A stretch of 64,000 nt of DNA from NCBI GenBank assembly GCA_041660185.1, contig JBAZWU010000004.1, forward strand, positions 96,878-160,877. The letters run 5' to 3'. Source of the DNA: Elusimicrobiota bacterium (GTDB taxonomy: Bacteria > Elusimicrobiota > Elusimicrobia > 2-01-FULL-59-12). This document shows positions 48,179-57,584 of the stretch, one piece after another; position 1 is the first letter of the stretch; each line of letters opens with the position of its first letter. Under the pieces are notes generated by a model. It was given only the letters and a program-made list of their open reading frames with translations. It ran no database searches and was not told the DNA's origin. The translations under genes and the position numbers were made by a program.

Positions 48179-49189
48179 GTGATGCCTCGCCAGCCCCGAA
48201 TCGAATCCCCTGGCCTTCTCTGCCACGTCATCGTTCGCGGCATTGAACGCCGCTGCATATTTCCTGCGGCTAACGATTATGGTGATTTCGTTGCGCGTAT
48301 GGCTCGTCTCTTTGGTCAAACCCGGACACCTTGCTTCGCCTGGGCACTCATGCCTAACCATATACATTTGCTTCTCATGATGGGGCTAACCAAGATCTCC
48401 AAGGTCATGCAACGCCTTCTGACCGGGTATGCGGTCAATTTCAATATTCGCTATCAGCGCACCGGGCATCTCTTCCAAAACCGCTATAAATCCATTCTCT
48501 GCAAGGAGGAAACATATTTCTTGAGACTTGTCCGCTACATTCATTTGAACCCCGTTCGGGCCGGACTTGTTAGGACTCCTCAAGACTTAGCTTCTTACCC
48601 TTGGACCGGACACGCCGCTGTTCTGGAAACCCAAAGGAATTCTTGGCAGGATGTGAATGGGGTTTTGGGGCGATTTGGTTCAAACAGAGCCACTGCCATA
48701 GCTGGCTATGAACGGTTCGTCTTGGAAGGGTGGGAGGAACCTCACCGGGATGAACTGGAAGGCGGTGGACTCCTTCGGAGCCTGGGTGGTGTGGGGGGTG
48801 CCTTAGCAGCGGCTCGGGATAACAACCGACAGATGTCAGACGTTCGCGTTTTAGGTGACGGTGACTTTGTCGAAGAAGTACTTCGGCAAGCCGATATCAG
48901 GGATCAAGCGAATAACGGATTCAAGGCCGTTTCGTTGGAGATGCTAATGCAAAAGATCGCAAAAGAGTTCAAAATCGATGCGCGGACGATTCAACTAAAG
49001 CGTCGGGAACGGAAAATTTCCAAGGCAAAGTCCATACTTATATTTGCAGCCGTGGAATGGCTTGGAAAACCATTGAAAGAAATAGCTGCTTTGACAAAAA
49101 TGTCAGCAGGTTGTGCCAGCCGGGCCATGCGCCGCGGTCAGGTGCTGGCGGAACAACTCAGCTTGGCAGCTGGATTCAAAAGGCAATAA
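48179..49189 (+). CDS. REP-associated tyrosine transposase (RAYT; IS200/IS605-like Y1 HUH) fused to a DnaA-C-like HTH domain
   Basis: HUH motif MPNHIHLL, a catalytic-Tyr region (QNRYKS) and the family N-terminus (LCHVIVRG...). The C-terminal KSILIFAAVEWLGKPLKEIAALTKMS resembles DnaA domain IV. The stop codon lies inside the right REP. Confidence 0.8.
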   Translation: MMPRQPRIESPGLLCHVIVRGIERRCIFPAANDYGDFVARMARLFGQTRTPCFAWALMPNHIHLLLMMGLTKISKVMQRLLTGYAVNFNIRYQRTGHLFQNRYKSILCKEETYFLRLVRYIHLNPVRAGLVRTPQDLASYPWTGHAAVLETQRNSWQDVNGVLGRFGSNRATAIAGYERFVLEGWEEPHRDELEGGGLLRSLGGVGGALAAARDNNRQMSDVRVLGDGDFVEEVLRQADIRDQANNGFKAVSLEMLMQKIAKEFKIDARTIQLKRRERKISKAKSILIFAAVEWLGKPLKEIAALTKMSAGCASRAMRRGQVLAEQLSLAAGFKRQ

Positions 49190-49207
49190 GGCAACTACGT
49201 CCCCTAC
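49182..49207. repeat. REP family 2 arm (GGCAATAAGGCAACTACGTCCCCTAC), right flank of the transposase
   Basis: Reverse complement of the left-arm consensus. Confidence 0.75.
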
Positions 49208-49345
49208 GCCCTTCGTTCAAGTTGAGCCCTTCTCCCCAGAAGAAACGCATCTTAAATTCAGCACGATTCAATCATTTTTGTTCAAAATGGCGCCGAGGCG
49301 GTTTTTCCTTGAAAACTTCTCTTTGCGGGGGTAAGGGAGAACACA

Positions 49346-49750
49346 ATGGGGCAAAAGCTGACCATCCTGCTTTTCCTGGCCGTTGTCCTGGGCGCTTTCA
49401 GCGCCCCTTCCTTTTCCGCCTCCTCCTGCGGCGATCAGGGTTTGGGCTGCAGCCAGGAAGAGAAGTGTTGCGAGCATACCGTGGCCAGCTTCACTAATGA
49501 CGGCGCCAGCATGCCTCCCTACATGGACGGGAAATGCGTCCCCAAAGGGCAAAGCTGCAGCGAGTTCTGGTGCGGCAACCAGCACTGCGAAAGCGGGTTT
49601 TTCGGTGTCCCAACCGTTTGCTGCGTCAATAACACCCCTGGTCTCGTGGTCGCCTATCAATGTGCCCACTCGGAACTGAGCTGCCCAGGCAACACCCAGC
49701 AACTGACCATCCGCCCTCCCACCATCACCTCCGGTCTTCGTAACAACTAA
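49346..49750 (+). CDS. small secreted cysteine-rich protein (12 Cys in about 110 mature residues)
   Basis: Signal peptide LTILLFLAVVLGAFSAPSFSA. CC and CxxxC spacing (KCC, WCGNQHC, VCC). Confidence 0.55.
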   Translation: MGQKLTILLFLAVVLGAFSAPSFSASSCGDQGLGCSQEEKCCEHTVASFTNDGASMPPYMDGKCVPKGQSCSEFWCGNQHCESGFFGVPTVCCVNNTPGLVVAYQCAHSELSCPGNTQQLTIRPPTITSGLRNN

Positions 49751-49822
49751 TAAGGATCACCCCCATCTGCCTTTTGTATTCTTTGAGTCCAGGAAACTGT
49801 ATGGGCTCCGAAAAGACTGAAC

Positions 49823-50659
49823 ATGATTAAAATATTGATCTTGTGCGTGTTGGTGGGAGTACTGGGGTGGGGGCTTCTGTCGATGGAACGCCGGAGCCTG
49901 TATTTTCCGGATCGCCGGCTCGTCGCCACGCCGGCCGTCTATCGGCTGGCCTACGAAGATCTTCATCTGACGGCCTCTGACGGCGTCAGAATACACGGTT
50001 GGTTCATCCCGGCATCCAAGGCGCCATCCTCCCGAATCAACGCTCCTCTGGCCATCCTGCTTTGTCACGGTAATGCCGGTAATGTCAGCCATCGACTGGA
50101 TAAACTTTCGAGACTTCACCTCCTTGGTGTCAATGTCCTTCTCTTTGATTATCGGGGGTATGGACTGAGCGAAGGAAAACCTTCGGAAAAGGGAACCTAC
50201 CTGGATGCCGAGGCGGCTTACCGTTATTTGACGGATGTCCGGAAGATACCGCCGGATCAAATCGTGCTTTATGGGGAGTCTTTGGGTTGTGCGGTAGCCA
50301 CGGAAATGGCGATGCGGCATCCTTCAGCGAGTGGGCTCATTCTGGAGAGTCCTTTTACATCAACCGTGGCCATGGCCAACATCGTCCTGCCCTGGTTCCC
50401 GGCCAGCTGGATCATCCGCAACCGGTATGACAGTCTTTCTAAAATCCCACGTCTGAACATGCCTCTGCTCATCCTGCACAGTCCTCACGATGAGATCGTC
50501 CCCTTCCATATGGGCCAGGCGCTTTATGCCGCGGCCCCCTAACCCAAAACATTCGTCGAATTGACCGGCGGCCACAACGAAGGCTACCTGGAAGCCGGCG
50601 AAAAATATCCCGAAGCCATATATAATTTCTGCCGTGACAGGCGGAATAGAGTACAGTGA
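49823..50659 (+). pseudogene. alpha/beta hydrolase interrupted by an in-frame TAA (50540-50542) upstream of the catalytic His
   Basis: Nucleophile elbow GESLGCAV and an Asp region are present. The frame continues after the TAA as PKTFVELTGGHNEGY..., which includes the GGHN catalytic histidine. Confidence 0.5.
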
Positions 50660-50669
50660 TAGGACGCTG

Positions 50670-52289
50670 ATGAAAAAACGCGAGAAAAAATCCTTCTGGG
50701 CCCTGCTAGTGGTGCAGTTCTTCGGGGCGTTTAACGACAACCTGCTGAAGGTGCTGGTCCAGTTGTCGATCGTGGCCTGGGTGTTTGACGCCGGCATGCG
50801 GGAGCAGCTGGTGATCCTTGTGACCGTGGTTTTTGTGGCGCCCTTTCTTATTTTTTCCATGCTGGCAGGGCGCGTTTCCGACCGCTATGGGAAGCCCGCG
50901 GTGATCCGGGGGGTTCAGGTCTGGCAATTGGTTGTTGTTTTTGTGGCGGTCGCGAGCGTGCTGGCCAAAAGCATTCCTATCATGATGGCGTCCATTTTTC
51001 TTCTTTCCATGCAGGCCACCTTCTTCAGCCCGGCCAAGTACGGGGTGATGCCTGAGCTGATGGGCGAGGGGGAACTCTCGGATGGAAACGGCCTCCTGAA
51101 CTCCGGCACTTTTCTGGCCATTCTGATCGGCACGGTGGCGGGTACCTTCCTGGTCGGATACCGGTTTGTGGCCTGCGGGTTTTTAATTCTGGGGGCTCTG
51201 GGAGGCCTGATTGGAAGCTTCTTTATGGAAAAGCTTCCGGCGGCCAAGCCGGACGAATCCTGGGCGTGGAACCCTCTCGCCGATCTGATCGCCAATTGGA
51301 AAATCATCCGTCAGGACCGGACACTGGCGCGCAGCATTATGGCCATCAATTACTTCTGGTTTATGGGATCCATCCTGGTCACCATCTATGCTCTCTATGC
51401 CAAGGACATGATGCGTGCCAATGAGGAAGTGGCGGGTTTCCTGCTGATCTCGGTGACCATCGGGATCGCGCTGGGCAGCTTCCTGGCGGGGCGGTGGTCT
51501 CGCGGGAAAGTGGAACTGGGTCTTGTTCCTCTTGGGGCGCTGGGGATGAGCTTTTTTGGATTGGATCTGTACCGGGCCTGGCATTCGCTGCCGCATGCGC
51601 TGGTCGATTTCTTCATGCTCGGGTTCTGCGGCGGCCTCTACGAAATCCCTTTGAACGCGCTGATCCAGTGGAGGAGTCCGGCGGGCGAGCGCGGGCGGGT
51701 GTTGGCTACGCAAAACTTCCTTTCCTTCGTGGCGATCCTGATCGGGGCGATCTTTCTCTGGGTCCTTGGCACGCCGCTGGGCTTAAATCCGGCGCAAATC
51801 TTCCTCGCGTTGGGCATTACTTCGCTTATGGGGACCGCGATTGTTTATAGCGTCCAGCCGGCGGCCGGGGTACGGTTTTTGCTCTACGTTTTAACGAGTT
51901 ATTTTTACCGGATGGATATCGTCAATGGGGATCGTGTTCCGGCCCGGGGGCCGGCGCTTCTGGTCGCCAAACACCACCCGCCGGATGATTGTTTTTTGAT
52001 CGGCATTTCCGTCCCCCGCCTGGTGCGTTTTCTCGCCAGCGATTCCGATTACCAGGCACATCCTTGGCGCTGCCTGTTGCGGGCGATGAAAGCGGTTCCT
52101 TCTCAAGCGGAGGCGAGGAAAGCGCTTCAGGAGGGAGAAGTCGTTTGTGTCTTTGTTGAAAATGGGGATTGTTCTGGCCAGTGGAAAGGGATTATTTCAG
52201 GTTTAGATGTGCCCGTGATTCCCGTGATGTTGAATGAGAAAAGCAGCTCCAAACACGTTGCCGTTGTATTTGGCGACCCGCCGAAGTAA
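50670..52289 (+). CDS. MFS transporter (LplT-like) fused to a C-terminal PlsC-type acyltransferase-like domain
   Basis: About 12 TM segments followed by a KHHPPDD (H-x4-D) acyltransferase motif. Confidence 0.65.
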   Translation: MKKREKKSFWALLVVQFFGAFNDNLLKVLVQLSIVAWVFDAGMREQLVILVTVVFVAPFLIFSMLAGRVSDRYGKPAVIRGVQVWQLVVVFVAVASVLAKSIPIMMASIFLLSMQATFFSPAKYGVMPELMGEGELSDGNGLLNSGTFLAILIGTVAGTFLVGYRFVACGFLILGALGGLIGSFFMEKLPAAKPDESWAWNPLADLIANWKIIRQDRTLARSIMAINYFWFMGSILVTIYALYAKDMMRANEEVAGFLLISVTIGIALGSFLAGRWSRGKVELGLVPLGALGMSFFGLDLYRAWHSLPHALVDFFMLGFCGGLYEIPLNALIQWRSPAGERGRVLATQNFLSFVAILIGAIFLWVLGTPLGLNPAQIFLALGITSLMGTAIVYSVQPAAGVRFLLYVLTSYFYRMDIVNGDRVPARGPALLVAKHHPPDDCFLIGISVPRLVRFLASDSDYQAHPWRCLLRAMKAVPSQAEARKALQEGEVVCVFVENGDCSGQWKGIISGLDVPVIPVMLNEKSSSKHVAVVFGDPPK

Positions 52290-52300
52290 TTTTGGGCGTC

Positions 52301-52326
52301 AAAAAACCCCGAAATCTCTTTCGGGG
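52301..52326 (-). terminator. rho-independent terminator of the cold-shock gene
   Basis: On the minus strand a CCCCGAAAGAGATTTCGGGG hairpin is followed by a TTTTTT run. It also lies just after the MFS gene. Confidence 0.6.
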
Positions 52327-52407
52327 TTCTCCACCACAAACCGCTGGTAGACCCGCCTTCGCTAAAAGCTATGGCGAGAATGATGCGTTTAGAATGTCAA
52401 TGGAAGG

Positions 52408-52617
52408 TTAGGAAACCTTCTTAACGTTGGCGGCTTTCGGACCCTTTTCGGAGGGTACGATGTCGAATTCGACCGCGTCATTCTCCGCTAGGCTTTTAAA
52501 GCCCTCGGCTGCAATTGCGGAGAAATGCACGAACACATCCGCAGTTCCATCTTCCGGAGTGATAAAGCCGAATCCCTTAGCGTCATTGAACCACTTCACT
52601 TTGCCTCTTGTACTCAC
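52408..52617 (-). CDS. cold-shock protein (CspA family)
   Basis: [20 protein letters not shown]...[11 protein letters not shown] motifs. A GTG start with GAGGT 7 nt upstream. The track ORF (to 52830) over-extends into the long 5' leader. Confidence 0.85.
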   Translation of the reverse strand: MSTRGKVKWFNDAKGFGFITPEDGTADVFVHFSAIAAEGFKSLAENDAVEFDIVPSEKGPKAANVKKVS

Positions 52618-52772
52618 GTTAGTTAATACCTCAACTGTTTCAAATTCCCCGATACATTGGGGGGCCATCTCGTGAACATCTTGAGACGGACCGTCATAAA
52701 GCATACTACATTCCATTTGAAATACAAGCCCTTTTTTAGGCTTTTTCGTGATAGGGAAGGCAAAAATATACC

Positions 52773-55700
52773 TTGCAGAAAATTTCCCGCCTTTTACAAT
52801 TAAGGGCAATGAGTATTTTTGATCCGGCAAACTATACCTTTTCTTGGTACACCATCCCCCACCTGATCAGTGGAGCGTTGTTCATCGTTCTCGGGATCAT
52901 CACACTCGTCAGGGAACGCTTTTCTCTGGTGGCCCTTTCTTTCTTTATCTTAACCTTTGGCGTTGGCACTTGGCAGTTGGGGGATGCCGTGCTTTATTCA
53001 GTCAACAATCCCCATACAGCGCTTCTCGTGTGCCGCGTGGCGCTTTCCGGGACAGTCTTCACCCCCATTGGCGTGTATTTCACAGCGCTGACGATCGCTC
53101 AACAACAACACCGTTACCGGCTGTCGATCTGGATCCACAGCCTTCTGTGTCCCGTCTGGGTATGGCTCTTCACCAATACGGATTTCCTGATAAACAACAC
53201 CTACCATTACTCCTGGGGATACTATTCAAAGTTCTCTAAGTTCATCGTGGTTTTTATCATCTATATGGCGGTCCTGTTCTTCAGGATGTTCCGCATGCTC
53301 TGGGAAGGCCGCCAGCAGGCCGTTCAAGAAAAACAAAAGAAACGCCTGACCGCACTCTTCGTCGCTTTTAGTATCGGTTACATCGGCGTTCTCGACTTTA
53401 TTGCGGGCTTCGGCATCCCGCTTTACACCTTTGGCTGGTTCCCCACCCTGTTGCTCGTCATCCTTTGCACACGGACCATCCGTCTCTACCGGTTGGTCGA
53501 TATCACACCGTCCTTTGCTGTTCACCAGATTATTCGCACCATGGCGGAGTCTCTTCTGATTGTGGACCGTGAAGGGATTATCCGTGTGGCCAACCCCTCT
53601 GCCAGTGCCCTTTTTGGACTGCCGCAGGAACCGCTTGTCGGGGCTCCCTTTCAAAAGATCAGTCAGCAACTGTTATCTTTTCAGGAATTGGAGTCTCTGA
53701 TTCACCGGGGACCGTTACGAGACCGCGAAATTGTGATTCCTTCACCGGATGGCCAGAAGCGCTATCTGAGCGTCTCGGTTTCCATCGTTCAGGATGAGGC
53801 CCACCAGCCCGCGGCTTTCGTCATTCTGGCGAAGGATATCACGGAGCTTGAACGGGCAAAAAAATCCGCCGAAGAAGCCAACCGCGCCAAAAGCACCTTC
53901 CTGGCCACCATGAGCCATGAGATCCGCACGCCCATGAACGCCATTATCGGCATGGCCGGGCTGTTGCTGGACGCTCCGCTGCGTCCGGAGGAGCATGAAT
54001 ATGCCTCGATCGTGCGCAACTCCAGCCATGCGCTGCTGGACATCATCAATGACATTCTCGATTTCTCCAAGATTGAAGCCGGCAAACTGACTTTTGAAAC
54101 GCTGGATTTTGATCTGCATCAGCCGGTTGAAAATGTCGGGGAACTGCTGGCGGCCCGAGCCCAGGAAAAAGATGTTGAACTGGCCACCTTTATTCATCCC
54201 AATGTGCCGACCGCGCTTCGGGGAGATCCCGGCCGGCTGCGCCAGATTCTGATCAATCTGGTGGGCAATGCCATTAAGTTTACGGAGAAAGGCGAGGTGG
54301 TTTTGCGGGTCCGGAAAGAGCAGGAGACCGATCAAGCCGTCACGCTGCGTTTTCTGGTCAGCGACACCGGCATCGGCATCTCGCCGGAAACCCAAAAACG
54401 CCTCTTCCAGTCTTTCACGCAGGCGGACGGCTCCACGACCCGCAAATACGGAGGCACCGGCTTAGGCCTGGCCATCAGCAAGCGACTGACCGAGATGATG
54501 GGCGGACAGATCGGCGTGAACAGCTTCCCCGGGCAAGGGTCGACGTTCTGGTTTACGGCTGTTTTTCAAAAGCAGGCCCAGCCCGCGGCCTCCCCGGCGT
54601 CCTCGCCGGACGTTTTGAAAGATGTCCGGATCCTGCTGGTGGACGATAACTCGACCAACCGCAGGATTTTGCAGGAGCAGTTGGCTCCCTGCGGCGTGAA
54701 AACAGGAGAAGCGGTCAACGGAAAAGAAGCCCTGCGGCTCCTGCAGGAGGCGGGGGCCGCCAGGACTCCTTTTGCCATCGCGATCCTGGACATGCATATG
54801 CCTGAAATGGACGGCCTGGCCCTGGCCCGGGCGATCAAATCGAACCCCGCGCTGGTAGGTGTTCATTTAGTGATGATGTCATCCGTGGGCCATCGCCTGC
54901 CGGAAGCGGCCGGAATCGAGCGCTGGCTGACAAAGCCCGTTAAAAAGGCCGACCTGCTGAACACGCTGGCCGCTGTCTTGACGGGTGAGTCTGGGCCGGA
55001 AAAGGCCTCCCTCGCCCCTCGTTCTTTATCGAGTAAGAGCCGGACCCCCAAGCGCGCCCGCATCCTCCTGGTGGAGGACAACACGTCCAACCAGAAGGTC
55101 GCCCTTCAACTTCTGGGCAAGCTGGGATACAAAGCCGATACCGTCGCCGATGGGAAGGAGGCTTTGGAAGCCCTCGACCGGATCCGTTATGACCTTGTCC
55201 TCATGGACTGCCAGATGCCCGTGATGGACGGGTATCAAGCCACCGCTGAAATTCGCGCCCGCGAAGCCAGCCAGATGCCCGCCAACACTGCCGGCGGGTG
55301 GTCGCCGGAAGTCTGGAGACTGTCTGGCGGGAAACATATCCCCGTAATCGCTTTGACCGCGAACGTTCTGACGGGGGACCGGGAAAAGTGTCTGCATGCG
55401 GGGATGGATGATTACCTGCCCAAGCCCATTGATTTCACTCAGCTGGAGGAGGCATTGGAACGCTGGATTCCTGTCAAGATTTTGCTGGCCGAAGACAACC
55501 TGGCGAATCAGAAGATCACCCTGCACCTGTTGGAAAAAATTGGTTTTCAAGCGGAAACGGTGGCCAATGGGCACGAAGCACTCTCGGCCCTGGCCCGCAC
55601 GTCATATGACCTGGTGCTGATGGACTGTCAGATGCCGGAGATGGACGGCTTCGAAACCACCCGGCAGATCCGGCAAAAAGAAGACACCGCGGATCACCTC

Positions 55701-56249
55701 CCGATCATCGCCCTGACCGCCAGCGATCTGGAAAGCGACAAACAAGCCTGCCTGGCCGCGGGGATGGATGACGGCCTGTCTAAACCCATCAATGAAGCCG
55801 ACCTCCGGCGAGCGTTTGCGCGATGGCTGCCGATGAAGCACCTGGCCGCCGAAACACCTGTGTCTTCGTCTTCTCCTTCGACCCGCAACGATCCGCTGGA
55901 TCTCAAGCGCCTCTACAACTTTACCCGAGGCGACACCGAGATCGTCAAGAAGGTGTTAGGACTTTATCTTCAGGAAACCACCAAACGATTGGGACGGCTG
56001 GAGACAGCCATTCGTGAGGGGGATGCAAAGCAAGTGAGGATGGAAGCCCATGGTTGTTTGGGATCGAGCCTGAACTATGGCGCCACCGGTTTGACCAGTC
56101 CTTTCCGGGAGCTGGAACAAATGGGGGAAAAGGGCCAGTTGGATCGAGCCGCCGAAGTATATGCCGACATTCAAAATGAATTTGAAAAGGTCAAAGTATT
56201 CCTGAAAAGTTATTTCGAGTCCAACGCCTCCGGCCCGCAAAAAGCATAG
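52773..56249 (+). CDS. hybrid sensor histidine kinase: 7TM sensor, PAS, HisKA/HATPase, three receiver domains, C-terminal Hpt
   Basis: H-box [10 protein letters not shown], then N, G1 and G2 boxes. Three D-containing REC domains ([27 protein letters not shown]). An Hpt-like region (EAHGCLGSS). Confidence 0.85.
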   Translation: MQKISRLLQLRAMSIFDPANYTFSWYTIPHLISGALFIVLGIITLVRERFSLVALSFFILTFGVGTWQLGDAVLYSVNNPHTALLVCRVALSGTVFTPIGVYFTALTIAQQQHRYRLSIWIHSLLCPVWVWLFTNTDFLINNTYHYSWGYYSKFSKFIVVFIIYMAVLFFRMFRMLWEGRQQAVQEKQKKRLTALFVAFSIGYIGVLDFIAGFGIPLYTFGWFPTLLLVILCTRTIRLYRLVDITPSFAVHQIIRTMAESLLIVDREGIIRVANPSASALFGLPQEPLVGAPFQKISQQLLSFQELESLIHRGPLRDREIVIPSPDGQKRYLSVSVSIVQDEAHQPAAFVILAKDITELERAKKSAEEANRAKSTFLATMSHEIRTPMNAIIGMAGLLLDAPLRPEEHEYASIVRNSSHALLDIINDILDFSKIEAGKLTFETLDFDLHQPVENVGELLAARAQEKDVELATFIHPNVPTALRGDPGRLRQILINLVGNAIKFTEKGEVVLRVRKEQETDQAVTLRFLVSDTGIGISPETQKRLFQSFTQADGSTTRKYGGTGLGLAISKRLTEMMGGQIGVNSFPGQGSTFWFTAVFQKQAQPAASPASSPDVLKDVRILLVDDNSTNRRILQEQLAPCGVKTGEAVNGKEALRLLQEAGAARTPFAIAILDMHMPEMDGLALARAIKSNPALVGVHLVMMSSVGHRLPEAAGIERWLTKPVKKADLLNTLAAVLTGESGPEKASLAPRSLSSKSRTPKRARILLVEDNTSNQKVALQLLGKLGYKADTVADGKEALEALDRIRYDLVLMDCQMPVMDGYQATAEIRAREASQMPANTAGGWSPEVWRLSGGKHIPVIALTANVLTGDREKCLHAGMDDYLPKPIDFTQLEEALERWIPVKILLAEDNLANQKITLHLLEKIGFQAETVANGHEALSALARTSYDLVLMDCQMPEMDGFETTRQIRQKEDTADHLPIIALTASDLESDKQACLAAGMDDGLSKPINEADLRRAFARWLPMKHLAAETPVSSSSPSTRNDPLDLKRLYNFTRGDTEIVKKVLGLYLQETTKRLGRLETAIREGDAKQVRMEAHGCLGSSLNYGATGLTSPFRELEQMGEKGQLDRAAEVYADIQNEFEKVKVFLKSYFESNASGPQKA

Positions 56250-56339
56250 GGGACGTAGAAAGCATAGGGGACGTAGTTGCCTTATTGCCTTTTGTCGCCA
56301 ATAAGGTAAATAAGGCAATAAGGCAACTACGTCCCCTAT
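56246..56339. repeat. REP family 2, complete inverted pair (ATAGGGGACGTAG...CTACGTCCCCTAT) with a left-arm duplication
   Basis: Lies between the kinase stop and the stop of the minus-strand ATPase gene. Confidence 0.8.
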
Positions 56340-56343
56340 GACC

Positions 56344-57495
56344 TTAATTCAGAAGCTTGTTACTCCAGAGCTGTTCCATGAACACCTGCCAGGGCAGGAC
56401 CTCCACGGAACCGATGCGGCGAGGGGCGGGATCCCTGGAAACGACAATCTGGCGCTGAACAGAGTATTCTTCGGCGAAAGCTTTCAAGCCTCGCCAGTGA
56501 CGCTCATCCGCCAATTCCGTTGATTTAACTTCTACGGCGATTTGGGCGTCTCCAAGAATAAAATCGACTTCATACCCGGACGTGGTCCGCCAATACGACA
56601 GCGGATAACGCAAACCGGAATAGTGCGCATGCGCCCGGAGTTCCATCGCCATCCAATGTTCAAAAGCTTTGCCGAAGGCTTCGCTCCTTGGCTCGATGGT
56701 CCCACGACGCAACAGCGTATTGGCCAGTCCGACGTCGAAAAAGTAGAACTTGGAAGCCTGAACGGTACGGCGTTTGGGTCGTTTGAGATAGGCGGGTAAT
56801 TCCCAGCCGATCAGCGTGTCGTTCAAAATGTCGAAGTAGCTTCTGACCGTCGGAGCTGACACGCCGCAGTCGCGCGCCACATTGCTGTACTGGAGCGCCT
56901 CTCCACAGCTGAAGGCCGCGGCGTCCAGAAATCGCGAGAAGGCCGGCAGATTGCGCGTCAACGCCTCGGCCATGACTTCTTCTTTTAGATAGTCGCCGAC
57001 ATAAGCGTGCCAGCGCAAGCCCGCATCGTCCGCCAGATAATGCCGCGGCAGGAGCCCCTGATTCAGGGCCCGTTCAAGATTAAAATCAGGGATCTCCGGA
57101 TAAACCAGCGGGAACAGTTCGTAGCGGATCGCTCGCCCGCCCAACAGATTGGCGGCGCCGTGTTTCAGCTTTCGTGCGCTTGAACCGCAGAGGATGAACC
57201 GGATCCGCTCGTTGACAATAAGCCATTGCACTTCATCGAGAAGAGTTGGGAGCTTCTGTACTTCATCAATGATAACGATCCGCTCCCGACGCCGTGGATC
57301 AGCGAGTATATTCTCGCGAAGACTGGCGGGACGTCGGCTGAAATGCTCGAATTGATCAGACAATAGGAGGTCAACATAATTGGCATCCGGCAGAAGTCCG
57401 CGCAACAGAGTGCTTTTTCCTGTTTGGCGAGGGCCCCACAAGAAGCACGAATCGTTCGATATTTCAGGCAGATTTTGTATTCTTTTAAAATTCAT
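56344..57495 (-). CDS. AAA+ ATPase with a DUF4143-type C-terminal domain
   Basis: Walker A GPRQTGKST, Walker B VIIDEVQ, a restriction-endonuclease-like C-terminal region. Confidence 0.75.
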   Translation of the reverse strand: MNFKRIQNLPEISNDSCFLWGPRQTGKSTLLRGLLPDANYVDLLLSDQFEHFSRRPASLRENILADPRRRERIVIIDEVQKLPTLLDEVQWLIVNERIRFILCGSSARKLKHGAANLLGGRAIRYELFPLVYPEIPDFNLERALNQGLLPRHYLADDAGLRWHAYVGDYLKEEVMAEALTRNLPAFSRFLDAAAFSCGEALQYSNVARDCGVSAPTVRSYFDILNDTLIGWELPAYLKRPKRRTVQASKFYFFDVGLANTLLRRGTIEPRSEAFGKAFEHWMAMELRAHAHYSGLRYPLSYWRTTSGYEVDFILGDAQIAVEVKSTELADERHWRGLKAFAEEYSVQRQIVVSRDPAPRRIGSVEVLPWQVFMEQLWSNKLLN

Positions 57496-57584
57496 GAATA
57501 TGCAATATTCTGCTTTCGATATTCATGAATGTCAATAGCAAAATTTTAATTCGAATGCCGATGGAAAACGTACAATAATTATCT

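Noticed and set aside
52618-52830. 140-aa version of the cold-shock ORF
   Set aside because: Csp proteins are about 70 aa. The homology starts at a GTG with a good RBS, and the upstream part is the typical long csp 5' leader.
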